Positions 14,601 through 22,196 of a stretch of DNA of 24,000 nt are shown in pieces (positions within the stretch are counted from its first letter, which is position 1; the number at the start of each line of letters is the position of its first letter). The notes beneath the pieces were generated by a model. The model was not told the origin of the DNA. It was given only the letters and a program-made list of their open reading frames with translations, and did no database searches. The position numbers and the translations under genes are program-made. The stretch covers positions 647,993 to 671,992 of the forward strand of contig NZ_JAPEMT010000001.1 in NCBI RefSeq assembly GCF_026342435.1, in the 5' to 3' direction. Origin of the DNA: Streptomyces sp. NBC_00237. Its GTDB lineage: Bacteria; Actinomycetota; Actinomycetes; Streptomycetales; Streptomycetaceae.

Positions 14601-15685
14601 ACGTGGTCGGCTGGCCCAGCGAGGCCGCACCGACGACAGGCGAAGTGGTCCCGAGTGGGCCGGTTGGCGCGCTCGGTGTGGCCGCAGCGCGGGCAGCGCT
14701 GCGAGGTGTAGGCCGGGTCCACCTCGATGAACGGCACCCCGTCGCGTCGGCACTTGTAGGCGATGAACGCCCCGAGCTGGTGGAACGGCCAGGACGACAG
14801 TCGTGCGCGCTGGTCGCGGGGAACCGTGACCCGATCGCGGATGCCCCGAAGTTCTTCGAGGGCGATACCGCGTCCGGTGCGTTGGGCGACCGCAACGACT
14901 GTCTTGGAAATCTTGTGATTGAGGTGGGTGGCGTGGCGGGCTTCCTTCTTCGCCCGCTTCTTCAACAACTGGGTGGCGGACCGGGTGCGTTTGGCCTGGA
15001 GTTCGGCCCGCTTGTGGGCCTGCCAGCGGCGGTAGCGGCCGAGGCGGCGGCCTTGGTGGTTGGTGCCGTCGCTGGTGGTGGCGAGGTTGACGATGCCCCG
15101 GTCGACCCCCACCCAGTCCCGCGGTTCGTACACCTCGGGATCGGGGACGTCGAGGGTGGCGTACAGGAACCACTTCCCGTCCCTAAAGACCAGGTCGGAC
15201 TCGCCCCGCCGGTACTGGGTGAGCTGTTTGAGGGTCTTCGGGGAGCAGGCGAAGCGGACGTTCCGCACCCGGCCGTCGAGCGTCCAGATGCTGATGGTCT
15301 GGGCGTCGTAGTTCCACGACAAACAGCGGTCGTCGAAGGTGTGGGCGGCGTGCGGGCGGAAGGCGACCGGTTTCGACTCCGCCTTGCGGCGGCGCCTCGC
15401 CGTGGGCGGACCGAGGGTTCCGGCCCGGATACTCGCCCGCAGAGTGGTGTAGGTGTCGGCGACGCGTTTGATGAGGTGCTGGGCGGCCTGCGCCCCGAAC
15501 CCGCGTTCCCGCAGGTCCCCGTAACACCGCTTGCGCAGCTCCCGTACCCCGCCGCGCAGGGCGAAGGCTTCGAAGGAGAGCGCGGACACCTCGTTGGCGG
15601 CCTGGTTGAGGGCGGGCAGGGTCCGCTCGAACGCCGACGCCTGCACGGCGTCCGGCATCAGCTTGACCTGCACCACCAGCTTCAT
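14525..15685 (-). CDS. tnpB: TnpB (IS200/IS605-family OrfB) RNA-guided endonuclease, 386 aa
   Basis: This is the C-terminal part of track ORF 14525..15925, with ATG at 15683-15685 (MKLVVQVKLMPD...). It shows RuvC-I WVGVDRGI; RuvC-II ALEEL; the zinc ribbon CPRCGH...CRRCGLAGPADHVAGVNV. All catalytic residues are present. Confidence 0.85.
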   Translation of the reverse strand: MKLVVQVKLMPDAVQASAFERTLPALNQAANEVSALSFEAFALRGGVRELRKRCYGDLRERGFGAQAAQHLIKRVADTYTTLRASIRAGTLGPPTARRRRKAESKPVAFRPHAAHTFDDRCLSWNYDAQTISIWTLDGRVRNVRFACSPKTLKQLTQYRRGESDLVFRDGKWFLYATLDVPDPEVYEPRDWVGVDRGIVNLATTSDGTNHQGRRLGRYRRWQAHKRAELQAKRTRSATQLLKKRAKKEARHATHLNHKISKTVVAVAQRTGRGIALEELRGIRDRVTVPRDQRARLSSWPFHQLGAFIAYKCRRDGVPFIEVDPAYTSQRCPRCGHTERANRPTRDHFACRRCGLAGPADHVAGVNVRNRARSAWAFVNMPDPPPA

Positions 15686-16108
15686 GGCAACCGAACATAG
15701 CCACCCGCCACCCAGATCGCAGCGGCTCCCTACATGGTCACCCGATCGAGTGACCCAGTCCCTGTGGTGGTGCTCGGCTCCGTCGACCCGGGGCGCTGTC
15801 CCGCTCCGCGGGCACCTCCCTCCCGGTCCTGCTCCGCCGTTCACGACACCGCGACGCTCCGCGTCGCTCAACTCCGGATGCGATTCCTCCCGGGGCTGAA
15901 GCCCCGGGGTTCCTCGCAAGATCACGCTGAAGTGGAACCGGCCGACGATCGACTTCTACGAGGCGCTCGGGGCGCGGCCGCAGGGGGAGTGGGACGTGTA
16001 CCGGCTGACGGACGGGGCGTTGGGGAAGCTGGGCGGGGCGCGGGGATAGGGCCTGAGGGGCCGCCCCGGCTTCGACTCGGGTCCGTCTTGGGCCGGGGCT
16101 TTCGGGGG

Positions 16109-17239
16109 TCAGGTCAGGACCGCGATGCCCAACGGCCGTACCCCTGCTGCCACGCGGCGGGTGTCGCCGGTGGGGACGTCGACCACCGTGATGCCGTCCC
16201 AGGAGCCGGCGCGGGTGAAGCCTCCGGTGACGTAGGCCGTGCGGCCGTCGCGGGAGACGGCGACGGCCTCGTGGGCTCCGTCCAGGGGGATCACGCGTTC
16301 CGTGCCGTCGGGGCGGCGGATCGTCAGGGATGCCTCCTTGTCGTCGCCGCCGATCGGGCCCGTTCCGACGACGAAGAGGGTGCCGTCGGGGGTGACGGTC
16401 GTGCCGTGCTGGTGGGTGTTGGCGGTCATCGGCTCGACCGTGACGCGGCCGGTGCGCGGGTCCAGGACCGCGAGGCGTTCGCCCTCGAAGGGGAGGAGGA
16501 GCTTGCCGTCGGTGGGGCGGACCGCCGCGTAGTGCGGCTTCAGCCAGGAGCCGAGGCCGCCCTCCGTACCGTACGGGGCGACTTCGAGGCGGCGGGGCTT
16601 GAGCGTGTCGGTGCGGACGGCGGTCACGTCGTACGAGTCGTGACCGGTCGCGTAGACCTCGCGGCCGTCGGCGGAGACGTCCACGTCGAAGGGGCGGCGG
16701 CCGACGGGGACGGTGTCCGTGACCTTGCGGGTGGTGGTGTCGATGACCTCCAGCACTCCGGTGGTGTCGGGGACGTTGACGCCGACGTAGGCGTGCCTGC
16801 CGTCCGGGGAGAGGGCGATGCCCATGCCTCCGGCGCGGTACTCGCCCATCGTCGCGGGGCCGTCCGCCTGCGTCGCGTACGGGATCAGGCCGAGGCTCGT
16901 ACGGGTACGGGTGTCGACGACCGCGACGCCCTCCGCCGTGGCCACCCAGGCGCGCCCGTCCGGCCCGAGGGCGAGACCGTACGGGGCGGTGCCGACCCGC
17001 ACCGAGCCGGTCGGGCCCTTGCCGGGGGCCGGGTCGACGAAGGTGACGGTGTCGGAGTCGAAGTCGGCGACGAGGAGGGTGCCGGAGGGGGTGGGGGAGG
17101 AGGCGGGGGTGGGCGCGGTGGGGGTGACCGTCGCGGGGCGGGGTCGCTCGGGGGCGCTTTCGGCGGCGCCCGCGCAGGCGGAGAGGAGGCTGAGTGCGAC
17201 GGTGACGAGGACGGCCCAGAGGGCGAGGCGGGGTTTCAC
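16109..17239 (-). CDS. Lipoprotein with YncE/YVTN-type beta-propeller repeats
   Basis: This is the C-terminal 376 aa of track ORF 16109..18001, with GTG at 17237-17239. The signal peptide plus lipobox is VKPRLALWAVLVTVALSLLSAC. Repeated ...PYGLALGPDGR..., ...IALSPDGRHAYV..., ...DVDVSADGREVYAT..., ...VAVSRDGRTAYVT... blades are present. The start overlaps the upstream stop (GTGA). Confidence 0.75.
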   Translation of the reverse strand: MKPRLALWAVLVTVALSLLSACAGAAESAPERPRPATVTPTAPTPASSPTPSGTLLVADFDSDTVTFVDPAPGKGPTGSVRVGTAPYGLALGPDGRAWVATAEGVAVVDTRTRTSLGLIPYATQADGPATMGEYRAGGMGIALSPDGRHAYVGVNVPDTTGVLEVIDTTTRKVTDTVPVGRRPFDVDVSADGREVYATGHDSYDVTAVRTDTLKPRRLEVAPYGTEGGLGSWLKPHYAAVRPTDGKLLLPFEGERLAVLDPRTGRVTVEPMTANTHQHGTTVTPDGTLFVVGTGPIGGDDKEASLTIRRPDGTERVIPLDGAHEAVAVSRDGRTAYVTGGFTRAGSWDGITVVDVPTGDTRRVAAGVRPLGIAVLT

Positions 17240-17850
17240 GACGCGTCCCTGATCAGCCGGGCGATGCCGTCGAAGCCGCGCCGTTCGGCGTGGGTGAGGG
17301 GGGTGACGCCGTCGTTGTCCGCGAGGGTGGGGGTGGCGCCTGCCGCGAGCAGGGCCTCCACGACTTCTTGGTGCGGGCGGCCGCCGTCGCCAAGGATGAC
17401 GGCTTCCAGGAGGGCGGTCCAGCCGAGGCGGTTGACGTGGTCGACGTCGGTGTCGGTCTCGGTGAGGACGGCTCGTACGTACGTGACGTGGCCGCGTTCG
17501 CTCGCCGGGAAGACGGAGATGCCGCCGAAGCGGTTGCACAGCTTGAGGTCGGGGGCGGGGTCGGCGGACAGCAGCGTACGCATCATCGCGACGTTGCCGG
17601 TCACGCCGGTGACCAGCCAGGCGTTGTCCTCGCGGAGGTCCTGCGCGTTGGGGTCGGCGCCGGCGGCGACGAGGAGCCGGGCGGCTTCCACGTGGCTGCC
17701 GAGGGAGGCGTGCAGGAGGGGGGTGCGCAGTTCTGCGTCGCGGGCGGTGACGCGGGCTCCGTCGCGGAGGGCGGAGCGGATGGCGTGTGGGTCGCCCGCT
17801 TTGGAGGCGGTGAGGAGGTGGTGGTCGGGGGTGGGGGGTGGGGTGGCCAT
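17236..17850 (-). CDS. Ankyrin-repeat protein (204 aa)
   Basis: This is the C-terminal part of track ORF 17236..18825, with ATG at 17848-17850. Ankyrin-like units are TPLLHASLGSHVEAARLLVAAGADPNAQD, GWTALLEAVILG...EVVEALLAAGATPTLADNDGVTPLTHAERRGFDGIARLI. Confidence 0.75.
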   Translation of the reverse strand: MATPPPTPDHHLLTASKAGDPHAIRSALRDGARVTARDAELRTPLLHASLGSHVEAARLLVAAGADPNAQDLREDNAWLVTGVTGNVAMMRTLLSADPAPDLKLCNRFGGISVFPASERGHVTYVRAVLTETDTDVDHVNRLGWTALLEAVILGDGGRPHQEVVEALLAAGATPTLADNDGVTPLTHAERRGFDGIARLIRDAS

Positions 17851-17874
17851 GGGGGGCCTTTCTGGGGCCGGTAA

Positions 17875-17908
17875 GGGAGCGGGCCCGTTGTCGGGTGGGC
17901 CCACTCCC
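17875..17908 (-). terminator. Hairpin downstream of hbpS
   Basis: GGGAGCGGGCCC-N10-GGGCCCACTCCC is a 12-bp stem with one mismatch, 20 nt after the hbpS stop. It may be leaky towards the ankyrin gene. Confidence 0.4.
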
Positions 17909-17927
17909 GTGTGTTGCGGGGCGCGGA

Positions 17928-18485
17928 TCAGCGGGCCAGGGCCGCGACACCCGCCTGCGCGAACTTCTCGTCCAGGTCGCCGCTCGGCGCACCCGCGACA
18001 CCGATGCCCGCGATCGGGGCGCCCTTGGCCTGGACCGGCGCGCCGCCGCCGAGGAAGAGGGTGCCGGGGATGTCCTTCAGGTTCGGGGCCTGGGCGAGGC
18101 GCTTGACCAGCTCGGAGGTGGGGGCGTTCCAGGAGACGGCGGTGTAGCCCTTCTTCACGGCCGACTCGGGGGACTGCGGGCCCGCACCGTCGCCGCGCAG
18201 GGTGACGATGGTGTTGCCGTTGCGGTCGACGACGGCGACGGAGACGCGCTGGTTCTCCTTCTTCGCGGCGTCCAGGACGGCCTCGGCGGCCTTCGTCGCG
18301 GCGGCCACGGTGAGGTGCGTCGACTGCTGGAGGTTGCGGTTCGAGGTGTCGGCCTTGACGGCGGCGAGCGACTCGGCGGCCGGGGCGGAGGCGTTGGCGC
18401 TGACCGCGCCGAAGGTACCGGCGCCGACGGCGGCGAGGACGGCGGAGGCGGTGAGGACGCGGGTGCGGACGGAGAGCTTGCGCAT
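17928..18485 (-). CDS. hbpS: Secreted haem-binding/redox-sensing accessory protein HbpS (GlcG/DUF336 family)
   Basis: The last 185 aa of track ORF 17928..18812, with ATG at 18483-18485 and an AGGAG SD. The signal peptide is MRKLSVRTRVLTASAVLAAVGAGTFGAVSANA. The core VVDRNGNTIVTLRGDGAGPQSPESAVKKGYTAVSWNAPTSEL...GAPIAGIGVAGAPSGDLDE matches my memory of S. reticuli HbpS. It is divergent from a HisKA_3 kinase/NarL regulator pair, as in the HbpS-SenS-SenR system. Confidence 0.75.
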   Translation of the reverse strand: MRKLSVRTRVLTASAVLAAVGAGTFGAVSANASAPAAESLAAVKADTSNRNLQQSTHLTVAAATKAAEAVLDAAKKENQRVSVAVVDRNGNTIVTLRGDGAGPQSPESAVKKGYTAVSWNAPTSELVKRLAQAPNLKDIPGTLFLGGGAPVQAKGAPIAGIGVAGAPSGDLDEKFAQAGVAALAR

Positions 18486-18797
18486 GGTGGGCTCCTGGGG
18501 AGGGCTGTGGGGCGGGGAGCGGCGTGAGTGCCTGGCTCCTTCTGTCCTCAATCCTGGGTGCGGGGAAGGCTCCGTACGGTCGGTGCTCCGGCTGCTCCCG
18601 GCGGGCCGGGGGGCGGATACGGGGGTCAGCCGATCGGTTGATGCGGGGGTGGTCCTCGGAGGGGGGAGGATGGATGTCCGGAGGCGAACGACGGGGCCTC
18701 CCCCGCTCGAACGAGGTGGAGAGCCGGGGAAAGGGCCGGGGCGGGCCACGCTCGGCGGAACCGCACCACGTACGACCGGAACGAGGACACGGACCCC

Positions 18798-20213
18798 ATG
18801 GCCCACCCCCACACCCCCGACTCACGGCCGGGAAGCCCCGCCCTCCCGCAAGTGGACCCCGCCCTCCCGCAGGGAAGCCCCGCCCTCCCGCAAGCGGATC
18901 CCACCCTCCCTCAAGCGGACCCCGCCCTCCCGCCCCGGGACCAGGCCGACCCCGACTCCCGCCCCCTCACCCTCCTCCTCCACATCGCCTTCTTCCTCCT
19001 CCTCGGCGGCTCCCTCGCCCGCTTCCTCCTCCGCCACCCCGGCGAGGCCCGCACCCCGTGGATCATCGGCCTGAGCATCGCGCTCGCCGTCCTCCACGTC
19101 CTCCTGTACGTCGTCCGGGCGGGCGGCCACCGGGACCAGGGCCGGGACCAGGGCCGGGACCAGGGCCGGGACCAGGGCCGAGACCAGAGCCGGGACCAGG
19201 CCCGGAGCCGGGACCGCACCCCCGCCCCGCCGCACCCCCGCCTCCGGCTCGGCGCGGTGGTCGCCGTCTGGGCCGTCCTCGTCGTCCTCGCCCCGAGCTT
19301 CGCCTGGTGCGCCGTCCCGCTCTTCTACACGGGCCTGCGCACCCTCCCCACCCGGATCTCCCTGGCCCTCGTCGCCCTCCTCACCGCCTTCGTCGTGGCG
19401 GCCCAACTCCAGCTCGCGGGCGGGGAGTTCGACCCCACCCTCCTGCTCGCCCCGCCCGCCGTGGCCGCCATCGCCGCAGGCACCTTCGTCTACATGCAGC
19501 GCCAGGCCGCCCGTCAGCGCGCCCTCATCGACGACCTGATCCGCACCCGCCGCGAACTCGCCGCCACCGAGCGCCGCGAGGGCACTCTCGCGGAGCGTCA
19601 GCGTCTCTCGTACGAGATACACGACACCCTCGCCCAGGGCCTGTCCAGCCAGCAGATGCTGCTCCAGGCCGCCGACCGCACCTGGGACACGGACCCGGCG
19701 ACCGCCCGCCGCCACGTCCGTACGGCCACCGCCATCGCCGAACGCAACCTCGCCGAGGCCCGCCGCTTCGTCCACGACCTGGCCCCCGCCGACCTCGCCG
19801 AGGCGGGCGCGCGCGGCGGCGGCCTGGAGGAGGCCCTCCGTACCGTCGCCACCCGCGAGAACGCCCGCTTCCACATCGACGGCACGCCCCCCGCAACCCC
19901 CCTCCCCGACCGCGTGCAGTCCGCCCTGCTCCGCATCGCCCAGGGCGCCCTCGCCAACGTCCACGAACACGCGGACGCGACCACCACCGCCCTCACCCTC
20001 ACCTACCTGGATGATCAAGTGGTCCTCGACATCGCGGACGACGGCCGGGGCTTCGACACGGACGGGCTTCGCGGCCCGAGCGGTGTACGGGGCCACGGCC
20101 TGCCCGCGATCCGCGCCCGCGTCCAGCAGCTCGGCGGCACCCTCGCCGTCGAGTCCGCCCCCGGCGAGGGCACGGTCCTGTCCGCCGCGATCCCCCTGGA
20201 GCCCCAGCCGTGA
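18798..20213 (+). CDS. senS: Sensor histidine kinase SenS (HisKA_3 + HATPase_c, multi-TM sensor part)
   Basis: Track ORF of 471 aa. Hydrophobic helices are followed by the H-box RQRLSYEIHDTLAQGLSS, then the N-box LRIAQGALANVHEH and the G-boxes DDGRGF...GHGLPAIRARV. The start is either ATG 18798 (GAGGA SD) or in-frame GTG 18852. The stop overlaps the senR start (GTGA). Confidence 0.75.
   Translation: MAHPHTPDSRPGSPALPQVDPALPQGSPALPQADPTLPQADPALPPRDQADPDSRPLTLLLHIAFFLLLGGSLARFLLRHPGEARTPWIIGLSIALAVLHVLLYVVRAGGHRDQGRDQGRDQGRDQGRDQSRDQARSRDRTPAPPHPRLRLGAVVAVWAVLVVLAPSFAWCAVPLFYTGLRTLPTRISLALVALLTAFVVAAQLQLAGGEFDPTLLLAPPAVAAIAAGTFVYMQRQAARQRALIDDLIRTRRELAATERREGTLAERQRLSYEIHDTLAQGLSSQQMLLQAADRTWDTDPATARRHVRTATAIAERNLAEARRFVHDLAPADLAEAGARGGGLEEALRTVATRENARFHIDGTPPATPLPDRVQSALLRIAQGALANVHEHADATTTALTLTYLDDQVVLDIADDGRGFDTDGLRGPSGVRGHGLPAIRARVQQLGGTLAVESAPGEGTVLSAAIPLEPQP
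18831..18935 (+). repeat. Five tandem 21-bp repeats at the 5' end of senS
   Basis: The units are 18831-18851 and 18873-18893 (identical, GGAAGCCCCGCCCTCCCGCAA), 18852-18872, 18894-18914 and 18915-18935. They are in frame and encode the heptad x-(S/D)-P-A-L-P-Q five times. Confidence 0.85.
19132..19203 (+). repeat. Six tandem 12-bp repeats (GGGACCAGGGCC) inside senS
   Basis: There are four perfect copies at 19132-19179 and two diverged copies at 19180-19203. They are in frame and encode (RDQG)n within the sensor/TM region, between hydrophobic segments. Confidence 0.85.
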
Positions 20214-20839
20214 CCACCACTCCCGTACGGGTTCTGCTCTGCGACGACCACGTGGTCGTACGGGCCGGACTCCTGGCCCTCCTCTCCAGCGAGCCGGACA
20301 TCGAGGTCGTCGGCGAGGCCGGAAACGGGGAGGAGGCCGTCGCGACCGCCGCCAAGCTCGCCCCCGACGTCGTCCTCATGGACCTCCAGCTCGGCGACGG
20401 CATCGACGGCGTCGAAGCCACCCGCCGCATCGCCGGGACCGGCCCCCACGTCCTGGTCCTCACCACGTACGACACGGACGCCGACATCACCCGGGCCATC
20501 GCCGCGGGCGCCACGGGGTACCTGCTGAAGGCCGAACGCCCCGAGGAGCTCTTCGCCGCGATCCGCTCCGCCGCCCAGGGCCGCACCACCCTGTCCCCGC
20601 CGGTCGCGAGCCGGGTGATGGCCCAGATGCGCGGCACCGGCCGCCCCACGCTCACGGACCGCGAGTCCGACATCCTGGCCCAGCTCGCCCACGGCCTGGG
20701 AAACCGCGAGATCGCCCGCGCGCTCTTCATCAGCGAGGCGACGGTCAAGACCCACCTGGGCCGCATCTACGCCAAGCTCGGGGTGGACACGAGGGCGGGC
20801 GCGGTGGCGGTGGCGAAGGAGCAGCGGCTGCTGCCGTAG
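20210..20839 (+). CDS. senR: NarL/LuxR-family response regulator SenR
   Basis: Track ORF of 209 aa. The receiver domain is VLLCDDHVVVRAGL...DVVLMDLQLGDG. The C-terminal LuxR HTH is LTDRESDILAQLAHGLGNREIARALFISEATVKTHLGRIYAKLGV. Confidence 0.8.
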   Translation: MTTTPVRVLLCDDHVVVRAGLLALLSSEPDIEVVGEAGNGEEAVATAAKLAPDVVLMDLQLGDGIDGVEATRRIAGTGPHVLVLTTYDTDADITRAIAAGATGYLLKAERPEELFAAIRSAAQGRTTLSPPVASRVMAQMRGTGRPTLTDRESDILAQLAHGLGNREIARALFISEATVKTHLGRIYAKLGVDTRAGAVAVAKEQRLLP

Positions 20840-20852
20840 GCGGGGGAGAGGG

Positions 20853-21464
20853 TCAGAACTCGCTCGTGTCGAGGTCGAAGCCGAGCGGTGCGGGCAGCGG
20901 AACCTTGCCGGGCATGTCGTACGGAACCTTGTTGACGTAGTCGTCACCTGCGGGTTCCGTGCACAGGACGGCCTTGCCCGCCTCACGGTCGATGAGCAGG
21001 TACACGGGGATCCCGGCGCGGGCGTAGCCCCGGAGCTTCTTGACGCGGTCGTTGCCGACGGTGGAGGAGGAAGTGACCTCGGCGACGAGGACGACTGGGG
21101 AGGAGTCGTGGAACTCCAGCGTGTCGTCGAAGCTGCCCTTGGGGGCGATGACGAGGTCGGGGATGACCTTGCCGGTCTTGGAGGCACCGGGGACGTCGAG
21201 GCCGACCCCTGTGTACCGGCCCAGTTTGCGGTGGTGGTCGCGGACCTGCCCACTGATCTCGGAGACGATTTCTTCGTGCTCGCCGTTGGCGGGAGGCGTC
21301 ATGTGGATGTCCCCTTCGATCAATTCCACGCGCCAGCCCTTGGGGGCGACGGCGCTGAACATGTCGAAGGCTTCGTCGACCGACATGGCCGGGTTCTTGT
21401 CCTGGAACTCGTCGGACTCGTCCTCGAACTCGAACGCGTCCCACTCGGGTGCGGGCAGTGCCAT
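20853..21464 (-). CDS. Uma2-family (DUF820) putative endonuclease
   Basis: Track ORF of 203 aa with the strong SD GAAGGAGG. It has the Uma2-like layout ...GWRVELIEGDIHMTPPANGEHEEI...IPDLVIAP...PVVLVAEVTSSST...DRVKKLRGYARAGIPVYLLIDRE..., with PD-(D/E)xK-type residues. Confidence 0.7.
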   Translation of the reverse strand: MALPAPEWDAFEFEDESDEFQDKNPAMSVDEAFDMFSAVAPKGWRVELIEGDIHMTPPANGEHEEIVSEISGQVRDHHRKLGRYTGVGLDVPGASKTGKVIPDLVIAPKGSFDDTLEFHDSSPVVLVAEVTSSSTVGNDRVKKLRGYARAGIPVYLLIDREAGKAVLCTEPAGDDYVNKVPYDMPGKVPLPAPLGFDLDTSEF

Positions 21465-21597
21465 GGCGGACCTCCTTCGCGCAGCGCGACTCTCTCAGGG
21501 TAGGCCGGGCCGCCTGCCCGGAACTCCCCTCCTTCACCCGAACGTGTGAGCGGATACGTTTCTCCGCCCCACCCCCTCCCGTGCGACCATCGGGAAC

Positions 21598-22098
21598 GTG
21601 CTCGACATTGGCTACTCCCTTTCCCGCCGCTTCCCCGATCCTCCGCAGACGGACTACCGCCGTGCGGATGTGCGGTCGCTGCGGCACGACCTGTTCTGCG
21701 GGGACGTGTACCTCGCCGACGTCAAGGCGGACCGGGAGGTTTCCACAGCCTGGGGATGGGTGCCGGTGCTCGACTTCGCGTGGGCGCTGTGCGACATCGT
21801 GGAGCAGCTGGATCAGGACCCGCGCGGGAACCGGTCCGCGAACCGGCAGTACGCGGAGCTCGACTTCACGGAGTCGACGGACCGGATGCTCTTCGAGCGG
21901 CGGTTCGGGTGGGTGGACGTCGAGGCGGACTGGATGCCGGTCGAGGAGGCTCCGCTGACCTTCGGGCACCGGGTGCTGCGGCGCGAGGCGCGGGACTTCC
22001 TGCACGATCTGATCGCGGATCTGACCGACATGCACGAGGGGCTGGCGGACAATCCGGCGCTGTGGACGCTCCAGGCCAAGTTTCCCCGCGTGAGCTGA
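21598..22098 (+). CDS. Hypothetical protein (166 aa)
   Basis: Track ORF with a GTG start. Composition is protein-like and acidic, and GC3 is high. No domain is recognised. Confidence 0.45.
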   Translation: MLDIGYSLSRRFPDPPQTDYRRADVRSLRHDLFCGDVYLADVKADREVSTAWGWVPVLDFAWALCDIVEQLDQDPRGNRSANRQYAELDFTESTDRMLFERRFGWVDVEADWMPVEEAPLTFGHRVLRREARDFLHDLIADLTDMHEGLADNPALWTLQAKFPRVS

Positions 22099-22196
22099 CC
22101 TCGGGCCGGTCGGGGGCGGGTTTTGCTTTCTGCCGGGGCCGGGGCCGGGGTCACTGATGGGGGCTACGCCCCTCGCCCCCTGCACGGCTTCGCCGC

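Larger units (their letters stand above)
14409..15926 (-). mobile_element. tnpB-only IS200/IS605-family (IS1341-like) element, 1,518 bp, inserted in the GNAT gene
   Basis: The boundaries follow from the restored GNAT reading frame. Left-end hairpins (element strand) are CCCGGGGC-TTCA-GCCCCGGG (15889-15908) and CGACGC-GGA-GCGTCG (15852-15866). The right-end subterminal hairpin is CTCGGTCG-TTTA-CGGCCGAG (14417-14436), 8 nt from the junction. No terminal inverted repeats and no obvious target duplication are present, as expected for this family. Confidence 0.8.
14052..16049 (+). pseudogene. GNAT N-acetyltransferase (diamine/SSAT-like) disrupted by an IS insertion and carrying an internal compensated frameshift
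   Basis: The N-terminal 119 codons are 14052-14408 (...VRELAEYEKALDEV...GFALWFLSFSTWRGVHGIYLEDL...YERLEWSV). The C-terminal 40 codons plus stop are 15927-16049 (LKWNRPTIDFYEALGARPQGEWDVYRLTDGALGKLGGARG*). The two parts join in frame into a ~159-aa GNAT and are separated by 1,518 bp carrying tnpB. Track ORF 14052..14528 reads through into IS sequence. Confidence 0.85.

Noticed and set aside
15734-18106. Plus-strand 790-aa ORF
   Set aside because: It is antisense to the lipoprotein, ankyrin and hbpS genes. It is Gly/Arg/Ala/Asp-rich without motifs, and the opposite-strand products have clear domain signatures.
18524-20096. ORFs 18524..20014 (+, 496 aa), 18822..20096 (-, 424 aa) and others overlapping senS
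   Set aside because: These are alternative frames or antisense of senS with Pro/Arg/Gly low complexity. Only the 18798..20213 frame contains the H-box, N-box and G-box.
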